DNA of 64,000 bases from Octopus vulgaris (lineage: Eukaryota). The position numbers and the translations under genes were made by a program. The DNA lies in contig OX597823.1 of NCBI GenBank assembly GCA_951406725.2, positions 51,584,001 through 51,648,000 on the forward strand. The letters are read 5' to 3'. Positions within the stretch are counted from its first letter, which is position 1; each line of letters opens with the position of its first letter. Shown piece by piece: positions 1 through 14,568 of this stretch. The notes under the pieces are model-generated. The model was not told the origin of the DNA and did no database searches. It saw nothing but the letters and a program-made list of their open reading frames with translations.

Positions 1-224
1 ACAACAGTAAAAAAATCGTAAAAAATAGGGACCTTTTTGGTGTAAGTAATTTTTGATCTTAACATGTTCCGATTTGAATTTTATCTTCTACGGAATAAAG
101 AGCAAGCCTTCTTCTATCATACTCTCAATTTTGGTCAACTTGTGCGGCAGGGTCTCGGAGGAGATAGTGTTAGTTGAAGGCTACCAAACCTGCCACACAG
201 ACAACTTCAGCTTTATATATATAA
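1..224 (-). mobile_element. Non-autonomous Helitron-like interspersed repeat fragment
   Basis: Ends in ...cacacagacaacttcagctttatatatata, resembling the terminus of non-autonomous Helitron-type repeats; no coding capacity; family assignment is by recollection only. Confidence 0.35.
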
Positions 225-1143
225 ATTTAACTGTCTTACCAGCTATCTACCTAATACACACACACACACACACATTATTTATAAGATTCATTAGAGTCTA
301 GGGGCATCAACACGTAGGACGCCAGGACTAGCTAGGTATCATAACATTAACTTCACAGTAACGTAAAAGAACTAGGTATCAAAGAAGAAGAATTCAGGTA
401 ATGTTTAAAATTTATACAGTTGTTTCGGTAGCATTTTATTGGTGCATTCATACATTACATCATAGCATAAATCGACTATTCGCAGGTAGGAAAAGTGTGA
501 TAGGGGTATGATGATATGATACAAATTCGGGAGTACCAACCGATTACATAGCTTTTGATACTCAACTGGTTCTCCATTTTATTTATCCTGGAACGATATA
601 TTGAAATATTTATATCGGTCAGATTTCAAACGATAAAACCTGAAAGACCGCATGTAACTACTACACTATACTTGTTCTGCCAGTCAACACCACTTACCTC
701 TAAATATGGCACAAACTGACGTACTTCATTGCCGTAATTATCAGTAAATCTGCATACTTATATTATAAATCTGCTTGTCACTCCGTTTGTAAGGTAGCAC
801 GTGCTCTACGTTCTGTCTGCTTACCGTTGCTCTTGCTTGGCTCGAGTTACCACACGAGTTAGTGGTAAAGCCATGTAAATCCAGAACATATAGAGAAAGC
901 TTTCTAATGACTATAAAATGGACTTAAGGGTAAATATTAGTTTCTAAGTTATTACATATGTGAATTGTTAGTTTGCTGGTGTTTTTCTCGCTAACTTTTA
1001 TATTGGTAGGTTTGCTTGGGTTTCTATAGTGGATTTTTATGACATCACAACTTTTGGTTTTAGCATATCTGTACCATTGTCATTCATATTTTAGTTATAT
1101 AAAGAGCGTATTTAAGTGAATAAATACATTTGATTACATAAGG

Positions 1144-1273
<130 letters not shown>

Positions 1274-2516
1274 GAGCACATTTAAATTATATTATTGCAT
1301 TCAAAACAAGCAGATTGTTGATTTTGATTTGATCCACTCCGATCATAAACAGCCATTAATGACAGGAATGATGATTGAGCAGAAATTATTTTAAAGTAAC
1401 ATACGCACCAGGAAGTATTGCTCTGCGTCGAAGAATGCTTTCAGTGCGACCTACTGAATAATTTCCGTAGGAGCAGAAATTATTTTTTAAATATGCAATA
1501 TAAGAATGTCATAAAGATTTCCCACTCTATGGAATATATGCGGGTCCAGCTAGTTAGCAACTATTTCGTCAGGTTCTCGTTTTGAAATTCATCTCATCAT
1601 GCCTATCTATTTGGCAAAGGGATTTACTTAAGCTGACTCTATCTTGACACAAATTCTTCTCCAATTATATGAATAAGTCGGTTATCGGATGCACCTTGGT
1701 ATCGCTGGTTCTTACTTCCTTTAAATGGGACAAATTTCATCTGGCCGTATTGATATTGCATCAGACATTAACAATAGGAATTAGGAGTTTGCATCCTATT
1801 TCCTCTAGAGTACTTAGTGAGAGGCAAAACACTTAATATGGACTACCTATGGCTGTAAATTAGTACAATGTGTAGGCCAGCTCATCATTGTACGTAATAA
1901 ATGTGCAAATAGAAATGGAAGGCAAATTGAAATCCATTAAGATTTAAATGCAAGCAACGAGAAGCACAGCATTTGTGACAGAATATCAACTTGGGCAGGT
2001 CTTTAATTTTTGTACTAATAAAAATGCCATAGATTTATAGACAGTAATATGTTGTTTCTTACTCATAATAAGTAGAAGTTTGGAAGGAAATAGATATTAT
2101 TTCTTGCATTGCATGGTTAGACAGATTTCTTTTTAATGAGGGCATCTATGGGATCAAGAACAATGGAACAGATGTATTTGAGCTCTAAGGAAGGCTATTA
2201 GTTAGACAGCCAATTCTTCTTTAACTCGAAAGAAAGTAGTAATGATAGTTGGGACTATACTGAAGGAACTGGCAGGTGAATGGTTGACACTTTCAGATAG
2301 CGAATCATTGTAATATTTAATACATTTACCACGAAGATGATAGCTGAAACGAATCTGCCGAAAGAAAACTCTTTCTTTGTCATGTTCCACTTGACCTCGA
2401 TAATACAAGTGTCCTTTTGGAAGCCGGATAGTGCTCCGTTCTACATAAGCCAATAGCCAAATATAAGTTGAGCAGTATTACACAAGTAACATGTATCATA
2501 AAGCGAACCAGCCAGG

Positions 2517-2752
<236 letters not shown>

Positions 2753-2876
2753 ATACCTATCCACCCCAGCCTTGAAACATTAATAGTAAACTAGTTAATC
2801 CTTTACTAACTCAGTAAACAAACGTCACACGCTCACTAAAATAAACACATCGTTGCACACTGATTCAGCATACATA

Positions 2877-2907
<31 letters not shown>

Positions 2908-3292
2908 GTACATATAAAATGAAACAGCATATACAAACGGTACTAACATTCATAAACAGATCAAGCAAATAATTCAACAGTAAAGAAAACGTTGTCACCT
3001 CAATGGAAATGTTGATAGGATATTAAAGTAGTAAAGATGTAGATTACAGATTCAGATTCGGTGTTTGTAAAAGAGAATAGAATGGGAACCAGAGTTAATA
3101 ATTTTCACTAATTTGTTCGGTTTATTACTGAACAAAATATGTAGAAGTCGAATTTACGGTATCAAATGCATAGTCTTTAAAATAAGTACTCGGCAGTGAG
3201 GAAAGAACATGATTCAAATCAACCGGTTATAACTTGTCATCAACAAAAGTTGGCATTGTCTCGCGTTTAAAAAGAAACAAACAAAAATCCAA

Positions 3293-3358
<66 letters not shown>

Positions 3359-3380
3359 TTTATTATCTTTTATTATTTTT
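3293..3380. repeat. (TAT)n microsatellite at the 3' end of the adjacent LINE
   Basis: Direct reading. Confidence 0.95.
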
Positions 3381-3384
3381 TTAT

Positions 3385-4566
3385 GAAATAACTATTCAAT
3401 ATTTGGTAGATTGAGGCAAATTTCTACTGCATCACCTGCTACATCTCCGTGTTGTTGGGGTATGTGCAGCATTGTACATTCTTTTCTGCTGTTGGAAGTA
3501 TGAAAACTCTTCCCGGTACTGTATTGTGTTAGATTTTTTTCTCTTGAGGTGTGGTGCAGTTTTTTGTTATTTTATTGCTTGTATTGTGTGTTCAATGTGT
3601 AATGCTTTGGTTTTCTGGATTGCTGGTGGAAGTTTATTTCACTGGGTAAATGCTGAACAGAATGTCTGGTATTTGTGGATTGTTTGGTTTAGGTTGTATT
3701 ACTGGAGTCATAGTGTCTTGCGTAGAATGTGGGCTGTTCCTAGCAGGGCTATTTTTTGGACAATGTTTAGTGTTGAGGATCCAGGTATTGCTTCTATATT
3801 TTTGTTCGTATGTTTTTTATCAAGCCCAATGCTCCAATTATTATTGGTATTGTTTTTATCTTCATGCCCCTCATTTTGAATACTGCAATTTCGAGATCTT
3901 TGTACTTTGAAAATTTGTCCACTTCCTTTTTGACAATATTCTGATCAGAAGGTACTGCAATGTCTAAAAGCAGGTGTCCCCACCCCCACTAATCCTTGAC
4001 TATTTTGTCTGGACGATTAGCTTTTATTTCTTTGTCGATTCGCACCGGCATATCCCAGATGATTTTGGCCTGGATGTTGTCATGTCCTTGCTTGGCACAT
4101 TCTTGTACCACCTGTTGTCAGTTTTGATGTTGTAATGTTGGTATATTATCCCGTGGATATAACTGCTTACTTTGTTGTGTCTGTATATATATTCAAACTT
4201 GGCAAGGACTAGGCAGCCAGAGATGATGTGGTCAACTGTCTCATTGTGCTAGCTGCGTATTCTGCATTTGGTGTTGAGGCCTGTTTTCATTATTTTGTCA
4301 CTTCCTCTCTGTTAAGGGTAGTGGCCATGAAGTGATTTTTCTCTCCATTTCTTCTTCAATATCTTTTGTAATTCAGTTTCCATGTTGTTTTTTTGTCTCT
4401 TTGACCATTTCTGCTATGTTGTCATCTGAGGTCAGTGTAGTTTGTTTCTGTTTTGTATTTTGTCACCTCCTTGTGTATAGAGAAAAGTGTTTTTTTTTTT
4501 CCCCTCGGGTTGCTTTACTACATGCAGTAGTCTTCACTCTTTGCTTCGAAATACTTTGCCAGTCCT
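3385..4566 (-). mobile_element. Decayed, internally deleted R4/Dong-type non-LTR retrotransposon (zinc knuckle plus restriction-like endonuclease region)
   Basis: Minus translation gives KCRIRS*HNETVDHIISGCLVLAKFEYIYRHNKV and IWDMPVRIDKEIKANRPD, with stops and frameshifts; (TAT)n on both sides. Confidence 0.85.
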
Positions 4567-5631
4567 ATTATTATTGTTGTTGTTAACAGCGATATCAGCT
4601 TTACATATTTATGCATGCACTGTACGATTAGAGGAAAATGAAAGACTTTTAAACGTTCGATGGGTGTCACGTGAGAAATATCATCTGAAAATCAATCACG
4701 AAATTGAATTAAAAACAGACGGACACAGAAAACATATTATATGCTGATGACTCGGCCTCTATCGTTGCTTTACTTGTGTCGACAATCGTACTTATGATGA
4801 TATAGTTTCTATACTTTCGGCAACAGTAGAAACAATGTTCTTTAATTGATTTACCGAATTATATAACAATAAAAGTGAATGTATGTGTGCATGTCCTTTA
4901 TACGAACGCACTGGAATACAAGTAACTATAATGGATGACTTGTTCAATGGAGTTTATAAAACAATTTAGTTAATATGAACATGTTTAAAATGTTAAGACT
5001 ATTATCTCTATTATTCTAATAATTTCTCTGACAATGATCATTTCCCCATGATGACATATTCTGATTGGATTATCTCCAAATAAAATTAAGAAACACACTA
5101 AGGAAGACAGTTTTAAAAACTTCCCTTAATCTAGGTGTAAAGATAAAGACATCTCCCATTTATTCCCTTGCAACCCTAAATTCTATTCTGCAACTATTTA
5201 TCATTTTGTAAGGCAGATTGAAGTCAATTAAAGTAACTCGTTATTGGCAGCTGGTATCCATGAGTTTGTGTCGATAATACTTTTGTTTCAACGGTTTACT
5301 AGCTGTTAAACGCTTAAATATGCCTTAAGCATTATACATTTTATAATTCTTGTAAAGAACAGTTGTTATAATTCCTTTACGTTGGGTGTACCGAAGACTA
5401 CTAAGTCTTTATATTGAACTAATTTTTAAAAATTATCGGAAGAATTGTGATATATTTAACCACCTTGTGGTTTAAGTCTGCCAATGGTCTTCAAGAAATG
5501 CTCTCCCCCTGGAAACTTTCAAGCACGCTTTTTGCTATATAGATAACTAGTAAATTCATATGACACTCACTTTATTTATGTTCTACTTTAAAAACCCTTT
5601 TGAAAAATATATTTCTTGAATTGTATTGTAA

Positions 5632-5870
5632 TCCTGTGGTTTAATGGTAAGGGGTGTTGGATTCATAATTATAAGATTGTGGCCTCGATTCCTGGACTGG
5701 GCAACGCATTGTGCTCTTCATCAAAATATTTCTTTTCACGTTGCTCCAGTCTATTCAGCCGGCAAAATAAATAACCTTGCAACGGACTGGTGTTCCCGCC
5801 CCGCAAAAATGAAAAGATATAAACCGGGAAACCAGCCACAAAAGTCTTCGTTTTCGAAGAGGTTTATACA
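5632..5870 (+). mobile_element. tRNA-derived SINE, family C (diverged)
   Basis: Aligns by eye with 28796-29052: A/B-box head, gttgctccagtc..ctcagc, ggactgg..tccc, aaaccgggaaacc. Confidence 0.75.
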
Positions 5871-6986
5871 TTTAAAATGTATAGTAACAAAGTGAATTAA
5901 ACCACTAATGTATGTGAATTGACATGCTTCTGAGACTGGGACTTGGGATAAAACGTAAAGCTATACGGAAAACATTCTACATCACATCAGTTTAACACCA
6001 AAAAGCTTCACTAAGCATTAAACCCTCTGAATTTTAAAAGGCTATTTGAGAGGGTTTAATATCACGTTTTATAGTTATATGTGGTTGGCTGTTTAGGAAC
6101 TGAGACAAAAGTTCTGAAATTGATTTCAAACAACAAAAATAAAATCCTTGTGTATGAGGGGAGAGAGAGAGAGAGAATTCCTTTAGTTCGAATTAGGTAT
6201 AACCACTTTTCTTTCGGATACAGGTGAAATAAGTCCAAGTTTATCAAAAGTGGAGAAGTAACTCGGGCAGGGATGCCGGAATGAGTCTATTACTTCACAA
6301 ATGTATTTTAAGTTCCATAGGTCTTCTGTGAAATTCTGCAAGAATCAACCCTTTTTAACCAACTCGCAATATACTGACATCCTATCCAAATAAAAATGAA
6401 TCGTTCATGATAATCACAACATAAACTCTAACAGATGATTTAGATATATATTCTAACTTTGCCGATCAGGAAAGAGAATTAAAAATGCTACTATTACGCT
6501 ACTGAAATCAACATCAATTTCCGCCAAATTTCAAATAGAAATTCTCCAACACTCATTCTTATAGTATAGAGCAGCCAATACGTTGTTATGCCATTGAACC
6601 ATTCTCTGTATATCAAGAATTATAATGAATAAAACAAATCTTTAAATAAAATCATATCTAAATTCCTGTAATGTGTACAGCCAGTTTAATGAAATATATG
6701 TCATGCCATAAGATGATGTTAAGATTCAATTAGCGAAGAATTCTTTAGGTATAAACATTCCATTTCAGTCTAATGCTTTTACTCCAGGAAATAACATATA
6801 ATCTGTACATTATGTTTTGGGACGTATCTTCAAGGAAACAGCTCATACACTTCTTCACCTTATGTCGTAATATCTGATGATTGGAATTATTCTAAGGTAT
6901 AAAGTTTTCCTATACATACATACACACATGCGCACACAGAAATATGTATTTATACATATACACATATATAATCATGTGCCTAGGTA

Positions 6987-7043
<57 letters not shown>

Positions 7044-7759
7044 ATATATATATATATATATATATATACAGGGAGAGAGAGTGAGAGGGAAATATGTGTG
7101 TATGTACGTACGTGTGTATTTATATATGTACTTTTGTTTACATACATATGTACGTCTGCATACCGTTCTCTGAATAAATTGTGTATGTATATATGTGTGT
7201 GTACGCGCGTGTGTATGTATGTGTTGTATATATACATGTTACGTGTGATTCGAAGTGAATAGTACGGCTTGTCATTCTTACATGAAATATTTTTGAGTTT
7301 AGCAGTATATGCCGATAACGGCGTATTCATTGAGATACTTAAACAGCTTTATTGTTAATCCCAAAGTCGCAATCCATATTATTCACTTTAATCTTTTCAA
7401 TTGAACGTTGAAATAATTCCTTAAATACCAAAGCAGTTCTGATATTGAATGTTTATCTTATGATATCGAAGGTGAATATGGTACCTATCTGACGGAAATA
7501 ACTTTACATTTCTGAAATGCTCCTATATCATGGCAGAAAAATTTTCTGTACTAACTGAAGAACTCAAGGTTCGAATCAAATCGTTGTATTGTCGCTGAAT
7601 TTCACGGGTGCTAAAAGTAATTTGCTATTTAATTGCAGTATCCACTACATCGAGAATGCTTGGTATATGCTGTATAATTAGATATTACTGTATATCGCTA
7701 TATTTAATTCAACTCTACATTGCTATATTTAATTCAAAGCAGTTTAGTGCTCCTCTGAT

Positions 7760-8002
7760 TGGTCCTTTCTACTATAGGCACAAAGTCTGTAATTTTAGTG
7801 GGGAGAGCATAAGTCAATTACATCGACCCCCATCCCCACCCTCGCCCCCGTTCTCGACTGGTATTTATTCCATCGACCCGGAAAGTATGAAAAGCAAAGG
7901 TGACCTCGGCGGCATTTGAATTCTCAACGTAACGATGGACGAAATGCCGCTAAGTAGTATTTTGTCCAGTGTGCTTAACGATTCTGCCGGCGCGCTGTTT
8001 TA
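7760..8002 (-). mobile_element. tRNA-derived SINE, family A
   Basis: Reverse complement of the 23082-23313 head and core (atcgacccggaaagtatgaaaagcaaaggtgacctcggcggcatttgaa). Confidence 0.8.
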
Positions 8003-9599
8003 GGTGCTTCTTTACTTTTAAAATATTAACGTTTTCAGAAGGAACTGCAGTATTGTAGATTAGAATACAGAATTCAAATCTTTCCATGTGCGACTCTTGA
8101 AGGAAAGTGAAACATCACCAGGCAGTCTTGGCAGAAACACGATATAAGGTCGAGTCCGCTAACGAATATATCTTAGGCGCTTATGGAAATAAATACATTT
8201 TATGAGTGCAAGTATATTGTGGATGTGTGGTTAAGAAGTCCGCTTCACATCTTTATAATATGGATTACGTTTCTCTGAGGTACAACTTGGTGGGGTAACG
8301 TCTATCGTAGCGTCGGGTCTAATAAACTTATAGTAACAGAAATTTGATAGATTAAGTCTAGGTGCAAGCCTGTCTGACGGATATTTTCAGAATGGTACAC
8401 TTTATCCGTTAATCGGTTTAACTCCACTATTTGTCCTCCCCCTTGGATACCTTTATTAATGAACACACTTCGTCATAAGCATTCGAGCCACGTTTTCCGT
8501 TGAAGGCTTATTTCCGCCCATCCTAGCATCAGTTTTGGAAGAGACACTGAAAAACATTCTTACTTGGTTAAGAGAGAGAGAAAAAAGACATTGCTTCATG
8601 CTAGCAGCTTTTCCAATATTCAATATTGCTGTTTTGTGAAAATAGCTATTTCTTAATAGTTTAGATGAAAGTTAATGATAGAATTAGCAAATATTATTTC
8701 AGCTGAAGACAAAAGTAAATATCCTACTTGTTGAAGTACGTATTTATTACTTGAAATGCTCTTCCGCATTCTAAGGAGAAGATCAACATACTGGCTTCAT
8801 GTCAGTAAACAAAATACACAATACACCCATCATTGAAAAGAGGATCGATAGCAGTTTTGGCTACAATCAATGTTATGCCTTGGCAATTTCTGTATCGTCT
8901 CTTCTCAACTGACTAGCTGCTGATCAGAATCCGCCTCAGTCGATAGAGCGTATCATTGAGTGACATGCTCTGAAGCCGATTGCTCATCGTCCAAACACTG
9001 AATGCCCAGAATTTGTCGGCGCTGTATCATTTTCACTAGTGAGACTACATCCGATGTTACATCTTCAATCAGAACCGAACGATAACTGACTGTTCTGGCC
9101 ATTGAACCAACGAATTCCATTTGTGGAAGTTTTATGCAGCTCTGAATGTTAAATAAGCACAACTAACTGGAATTCAAATATGTTTGCTAAAGTTAAGACA
9201 GAAACCAGCTCTAATTAACAATGCTTGCCAGATGGAAATGAGGCATAACCCCAAGAGTTAGGTTCAATAACAACAAGGTGCAACAATACTAAAAGGGTTA
9301 CAGAAACGGTTATTGTATTCCATTTTGTGATGGATTATCTAGTAACAGTAGCAAATACTTTTAAAGGTATACAAAAGTAATTAAATACATATATGAATAT
9401 ATGCTTGCATATATCTAAAACACACATACACTCATATGTATATAAGTACCTATGGATGTGCGTGTGTATGTGGACACAACTTGCCCACACACACGCACAA
9501 ACACACACACACGCACATATATATATATATGTATATATTCACACAAACGCACATATACACATATATGATAGTTACAACTGTAATGCATCCACTTGTTTG

Positions 9600-10540
9600 T
9601 ACTGTGAAACAGAAGCAGCACTAAAGTGGCTGTTCACACCTGCTAGCGGCTTACACACTTCTGTACACATGCAGTAAAGATGGGTGCCTCTTGCAGTAGA
9701 TGTTACAATGTTGTTTTTGTGAACTTTCTTAGGACGTTTTGATCCACTTCCTGGCGCACATTGTTTTCGACGCTTCCACACTGCAAGTACTGCAATTAGA
9801 GATGTCACATAATGCATAGTTAATAACTTCCCTGTGTGTGAGATTTCTCTGACGACTTATTGACACACGCACGCTTGTTATATGTTAAATCGAGATGTGC
9901 GAGAACACGCGCAAGCAAATTAATATCAAGACTATAGCGAACATTTCTCTTAAGCTTTCGTACTTGGCTCAATTTCGCTCGAATTCCTTCCTTTCATGCA
10001 CTACTTTCCTTCGTGATGAATGATTCAAAATGAAGTCTTCCCCGTACATTTTCTAAGATTTTGAGCTCTGTCAGTGCTTTTTTTACGCAGCCCTTATCTT
10101 TGAAATTCGATTTGTTAGCTGGCCTAACTCAACATACACAAAATTATGTGGGGATACGATCATCTTCCATCCTAGCCACATAATCACTCCCTCGTAATCG
10201 GTGCTGAAGTACTAGAGATTTCCAGGACTTAAACTTCATTTGCTCTCCATAACTAGTATTCAGTGGAGAGACTATTTGTGAAATCGCTCCAGCCTTTTCA
10301 TGTAGCACCGGTAAGTAACCTCATATGCATATAACATGTAGCACCGGTAAGTAACCTCATATGCATATAACAACGAAGACAAAACACAAGCATCCTAAAC
10401 CGTCAACTTATCTCAACTGAAATTCCATACGAGGCCATGAACATCTGTAAAATTTTCCAAATACATCAATAATTTTTGATTCGGAGAAGCATTTAATCCA
10501 CAATCAGCTGTTTTTGGTGCCCGAAGTATTTTGTCTAGAT
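9600..10540 (-). mobile_element. Decayed RTE-clade LINE 3' region
   Basis: Minus translation ACVLSSLLYAYEVTYRCYMKRLERFH, YVARMEDDRIP, and a terminal Cys/His motif YCMCTEVCKPLAGVNSH. Confidence 0.75.
10299..10370. repeat. Exact 36-bp tandem duplication inside the RTE relic
   Basis: catgtagcaccggtaagtaacctcatatgcatataa x2. Confidence 0.95.
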
Positions 10541-10559
10541 CTGTGGTGAGTAAAGAAAA

Positions 10560-10832
10560 TTAAACTAGATACAGTAGAAAGTCAAGAATTGCAAAAAAGA
10601 TTAGGTTTCTATACTGGTGTAGTCAATATAGGGTGGAGTAGGGGCGGAGATTCAAGAGCTTAAAGTCACTGAAAAATTTCGAAGAGGAATTAAGTGACAT
10701 AGTTGTTCTCGATGCAGGAGGAAATATGTAGACGAAAAACTTGGCAAAATTTGGAGTTTGGCAAGTGAACTTTTGAGAAGAGGCAGATGTACCTGGAGGA
10801 GTGGAAGAATGACATTTATACAACAATCTACA
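10560..10832 (+). mobile_element. RTE LINE fragment (pre-RT region), inverted relative to 9600-10540
   Basis: Plus translation DAGGN ... EEADVP/EEWKNDIYTTIY with a frameshift, matching the RTE W..E.VP.EWK.A.I..IYK motif. Confidence 0.55.
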
Positions 10833-10937
10833 ATATCATTTTCTCACTGTTTTTTTTTACGTTTGCGTTTTGATAAACTCGAATAAACTCTCTCCAAATT
10901 ACATATATGTCTACACACACAAATGTATATATATATT

Positions 10938-10982
<45 letters not shown>

Positions 10983-11079
10983 ATCCAAACATGAAAACGC
11001 AAAGAGAAAACACAACAACGCGAGGACGTGGAACAAGTATAGTGTTATTGGACGCTAAGGAAAGGAAGGAAAGAAGGAG

Positions 11080-11391
11080 CATGGTTCCGGGTTCAGTCCC
11101 ACTGCGTGGCACTTTGGGCAAGTGTCTTCTACTATAGCCTCGGGTCGACCAATGCCTTGTGAGTGGATTTGGTAGACGGAAACTGAAAGAAGCCCGTCAT
11201 ATATGTATATGTATATATATATATGTGTGTGTGTGTGTTTTTGTGTCTGTTACCCAACATCAGTAAAAGAAACCGATAGAATAAGTACTAGGCTTACAAA
11301 GAATAAGTCCTGGGGTAGATTTCCTCGACTAAAGGCGGTGCTCCAATATGGCCGCAGTCATATGACTGAAACAAGTAAAAGAGTAAAAGAG
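11080..11391 (+). mobile_element. SINE family B (tRNA-like head, internal TA/TG tract, gtaaaaga tail), 5' truncated
   Basis: catggttccgggttcagtcccactgcgtggcactttgggcaagtgtc ... gactgaaacaagtaaaagagtaaaagag; matches 14133-14568 in reverse. Confidence 0.9.
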
Positions 11392-11449
11392 AGTGTACAC
11401 ACACACACACATATTTATACAGATATATACATAGGTACATACATACAGA

Positions 11450-11616
<167 letters not shown>

Positions 11617-11895
11617 TGTTTCTTTATTAGCCACACAGGGCTGCACACAGACAGAACAAATTACAAGGTAGAGCTTTTCTTTTGGGGTAAAAAAGAGGGG
11701 GTTGGTTTTCGATCAAAAGGGATCGTAAAAGGAAAGAAAGAGGACAAAAAAAGGGGAGGATTTTAAAAAGGGGGGGAGCCAAAAAAAAAGAAAAGGGGAG
11801 AGGAAAAAAAAAGTTGATCAATAGGGATCGTAATCACAGAAATGTCAATATGAAGTGTAAAGGGAAGGACAGGTGAGGTTTACCCGTGAAAAGCC
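11617..11895 (-). mobile_element. 3' UTR end of a non-LTR retrotransposon inserted in (GATA)n
   Basis: Pyrimidine-rich minus strand ending ...gtgcagccctgtgtggctaataaagaaaca followed by (TCTA)n; GATA repeats on both sides. Confidence 0.55.
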
Positions 11896-12155
11896 TAGAT
11901 AGATAGATAGAAAAACAAAAGACGAGACTTTATATAACTCTTTAGCGACATCGTTTTACTCGACGATAAAGGATAAATATCAGTTATACGAGAAAAATCT
12001 TACAGTCTGAAAGCTTTGTCAATATATGTATGTATTCATGTATGTGTGTAAAGAATTCGATTTTTGCTGAATGGTACATTCGCAAATCAACAATCGAAGC
12101 ATAATATAATAACTATACGAATAAGGCCTTACACCCACACAAATACGCGCGCGCG

Positions 12156-12203
<48 letters not shown>

Positions 12204-12385
12204 CATATATCCTCATGCATATATCCACAAACACCCGTGCTCATACGTATATATTGACATGAAAATGTATATTTATATATAAGTCTGCGTGCATTATTTT
12301 ATGTGCACGTATGCATTTATGTGTGTGTGTGTACATATTTAAACATCCACAAACATATGTATGCACGTGTGTGTATGTATGTGTA

Positions 12386-12440
<55 letters not shown>

Positions 12441-12657
12441 CTGTTTTGAATAAACATAATGTCAACCTCTTTGTACAAAGACGGCACTACGACTACATGA
12501 CGAACCTGAGTTTAGTACCACGTCCACTAGTCCATTAGTTTTGACGTTTTATCACCTGTGTCTGTGTCTTATACATACATATATACATACCTAATACACA
12601 TACAGACACACAGACAGACACAGACACACACAGATACACACACAGATACATACACAG

Positions 12658-12696
<39 letters not shown>

Positions 12697-12697
<1 letters not shown>

Positions 12698-12900
12698 GGA
12701 GAGTTCACGAAAAAGGACAAAAGACGAAGACAGGTGGTGTAGAAAACAAACAGATATATTAGTATAACGCTCAGGAATTGAAAAAGTCTTTTACGTTTCG
12801 AGCCTACGCTTTTCTACAGAAAGCGACACAGAAAAAAAACAAGGAGAGAAACAAGGAGAGAAAAAAATGTGTGTAGTGGCTACCGATTTATCATGGCCAC
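12697..12900 (-). mobile_element. Penelope-like pLTR remnant with decayed minimal hammerhead-like motif
   Basis: Abuts (TA)n; minus strand cttt-CTGTAGA-aaagcgtaggctc-GAAAC-GTA-aaag at 12788-12824. Confidence 0.5.
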
Positions 12901-13129
12901 AGGCAATGATGTGTATGCATATATGTGTTTGTGTAAGCTCTAATCCGAGCAGTCGAGATGCTCTCTGGTATGTCCAGAAGAGCTGCACCTGTAGTTTATT
13001 TCCACAATGGAGCTTAAAGTGTGTTGGTTAACCAGTCGGATATGGTAAGAAAAGTTCATATGCGTATTTTTAAGAATAGAAATTTAACTAAGATAAACAA
13101 TTATAAATAATATTCGTAGCCACTTTAAC

Positions 13130-13493
13130 ATTTTGGGGGCACCGACTTGAATTTTTAGTCAAATGAATGGACCCCAGTACTTTCTTTAAAGCCCGGTACT
13201 TATACTACCGGTCACTTTTGCCGAACTGCTAAGTTACGGGGACGCGAACACACCAAAACTGGTTGTCAAGTGTGGTAGAGGGGGGACAAACACAGGTGCA
13301 AAGGCATACATAAACTCATATATATATATATATACGACGGGCGTCCTTCAGTTTCCGTCTACCAAATCCACTCACAAGACTTTGGTCGGCCCTAGGCTAA
13401 AGTAGAAGACACTTACCAAGATGCCACGCAGTGGAACTGAATCCGAAAACCATGTGGTTGGGAAGCAAGCTTCTTACAACACAGCCACACCTG
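13130..13493 (-). mobile_element. SINE family B
   Basis: Reverse complement of the family B head and body. Confidence 0.88.
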
Positions 13494-13696
13494 ATATTGA
13501 GTTTTCGTTTTCGATCTTTTTTACTAATTCAACAGCAGCCTTAAGGTTTCGGTAAAGTATAAACAGAATTATTAATCAATGTCTATTTTATACACAACAC
13601 AAGTAAATAGGAAGAACTGAAATAAATTTAAAGATAAGAATCTCTTCCTCTGAGTGTAATAAATATGTAACATCCTTTCTGTGCTCTTAGTGTATA

Positions 13697-13929
13697 TGTT
13701 TCTTTATTACCCACAAGTGGCTAAACATAGAGGGGACAAACAAGGACAGACAAACGGATTAAGTCGATTACATCGACCCCAGTGCGTAACTGGTACTTAA
13801 TTTATCGACCCCGAAAAGATGAAAGGTAAAGTCGACCTCGGCGGAATTTGAACTCAGAACGTAACGGCAGACGAAATACAGCTACGCATTATACCCGCCG
13901 TGCTAACGTTTCTGCCAGCTCGCCGCCTT
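13697..13929 (-). mobile_element. Full-length SINE family A with target-site duplication
   Basis: Near-identical in reverse to 23082-23313; TSD tgctcttagtgtata (13682-13696) / tgctcttggtgtata (13931-13945). Confidence 0.93.
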
Positions 13930-14132
13930 ATGCTCTTGGTGTATAGAGACAATTTGGAATCTCCTGATAATCCGTTTCCTGATTTCTTGACTGTTCCTCA
14001 ATGAAGTTGTACACTTCCTTCTGCTGCCATCACTAGCATAGGGCAGCTGCATTATGAAGCACTCATAAATTAGGCTAGCACATAAGAATATAACCTAATG
14101 TGAGTATTTGTTCTGGTACTCATCATAAATTC

Positions 14133-14348
14133 CTCTTTACTCTTTTACTCTTTTACTTGTTTCAGTCATTAGACTGCGGCCATGCTGGAGCACCGCCTTT
14201 AGTTGAGCAAATCGATCCCAGGACTTATTCTTTGTAAGCCTAGTACTTATTCTATCGGTCTCTTTTGCCGAGCCGCTAAGTTACGGGGACGTAAACACAC
14301 CAGCAACGGTTGTCAAGCGATGTTAGGGGGACAAACACAGACACACAA

Positions 14349-14427
<79 letters not shown>

Positions 14428-14568
14428 CATATATACGACGAGCTTCTTTCAGTTTCCGTCTACCAAGTCCAATCACAAGGCTTTAGTCGGCCCGAGGCTA
14501 TAGTAGAAGACACTTGCCCAAGGTGCTACGCAGTGGGACTGAAACCGGAACCATATGGTTCGTAAGCA
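14133..14568 (-). mobile_element. SINE family B, near full length
   Basis: Tail ctcttttactcttttacttgtttcagtc, body with CA/TA tract, head tcagtcccactgcgtagcaccttgggcaagtg in reverse. Confidence 0.92.

Noticed and set aside
4744-4800. CTGATGA hammerhead core (also at 40439, 47591 and 54026)
   Set aside because: No properly placed GAAA with pairing stems
8953-9162. 69-aa minus ORF with an AG acceptor, as a terminal exon
   Set aside because: No recognisable host domain; surrounding sequence weakly resembles a very old RTE endonuclease region; neither reading is supportable
9572-9817. ORF with a hydrophobic stretch, KRRK and a gtaag donor, as a host exon
   Set aside because: It ends in a C..C...CK..AG..SH motif contiguous with the RTE 3' region, so it is better explained as the LINE C-terminus
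10299-10370. 36-bp direct repeat as a CRISPR repeat
   Set aside because: Adjacent tandem duplication with no spacer, inside a LINE relic
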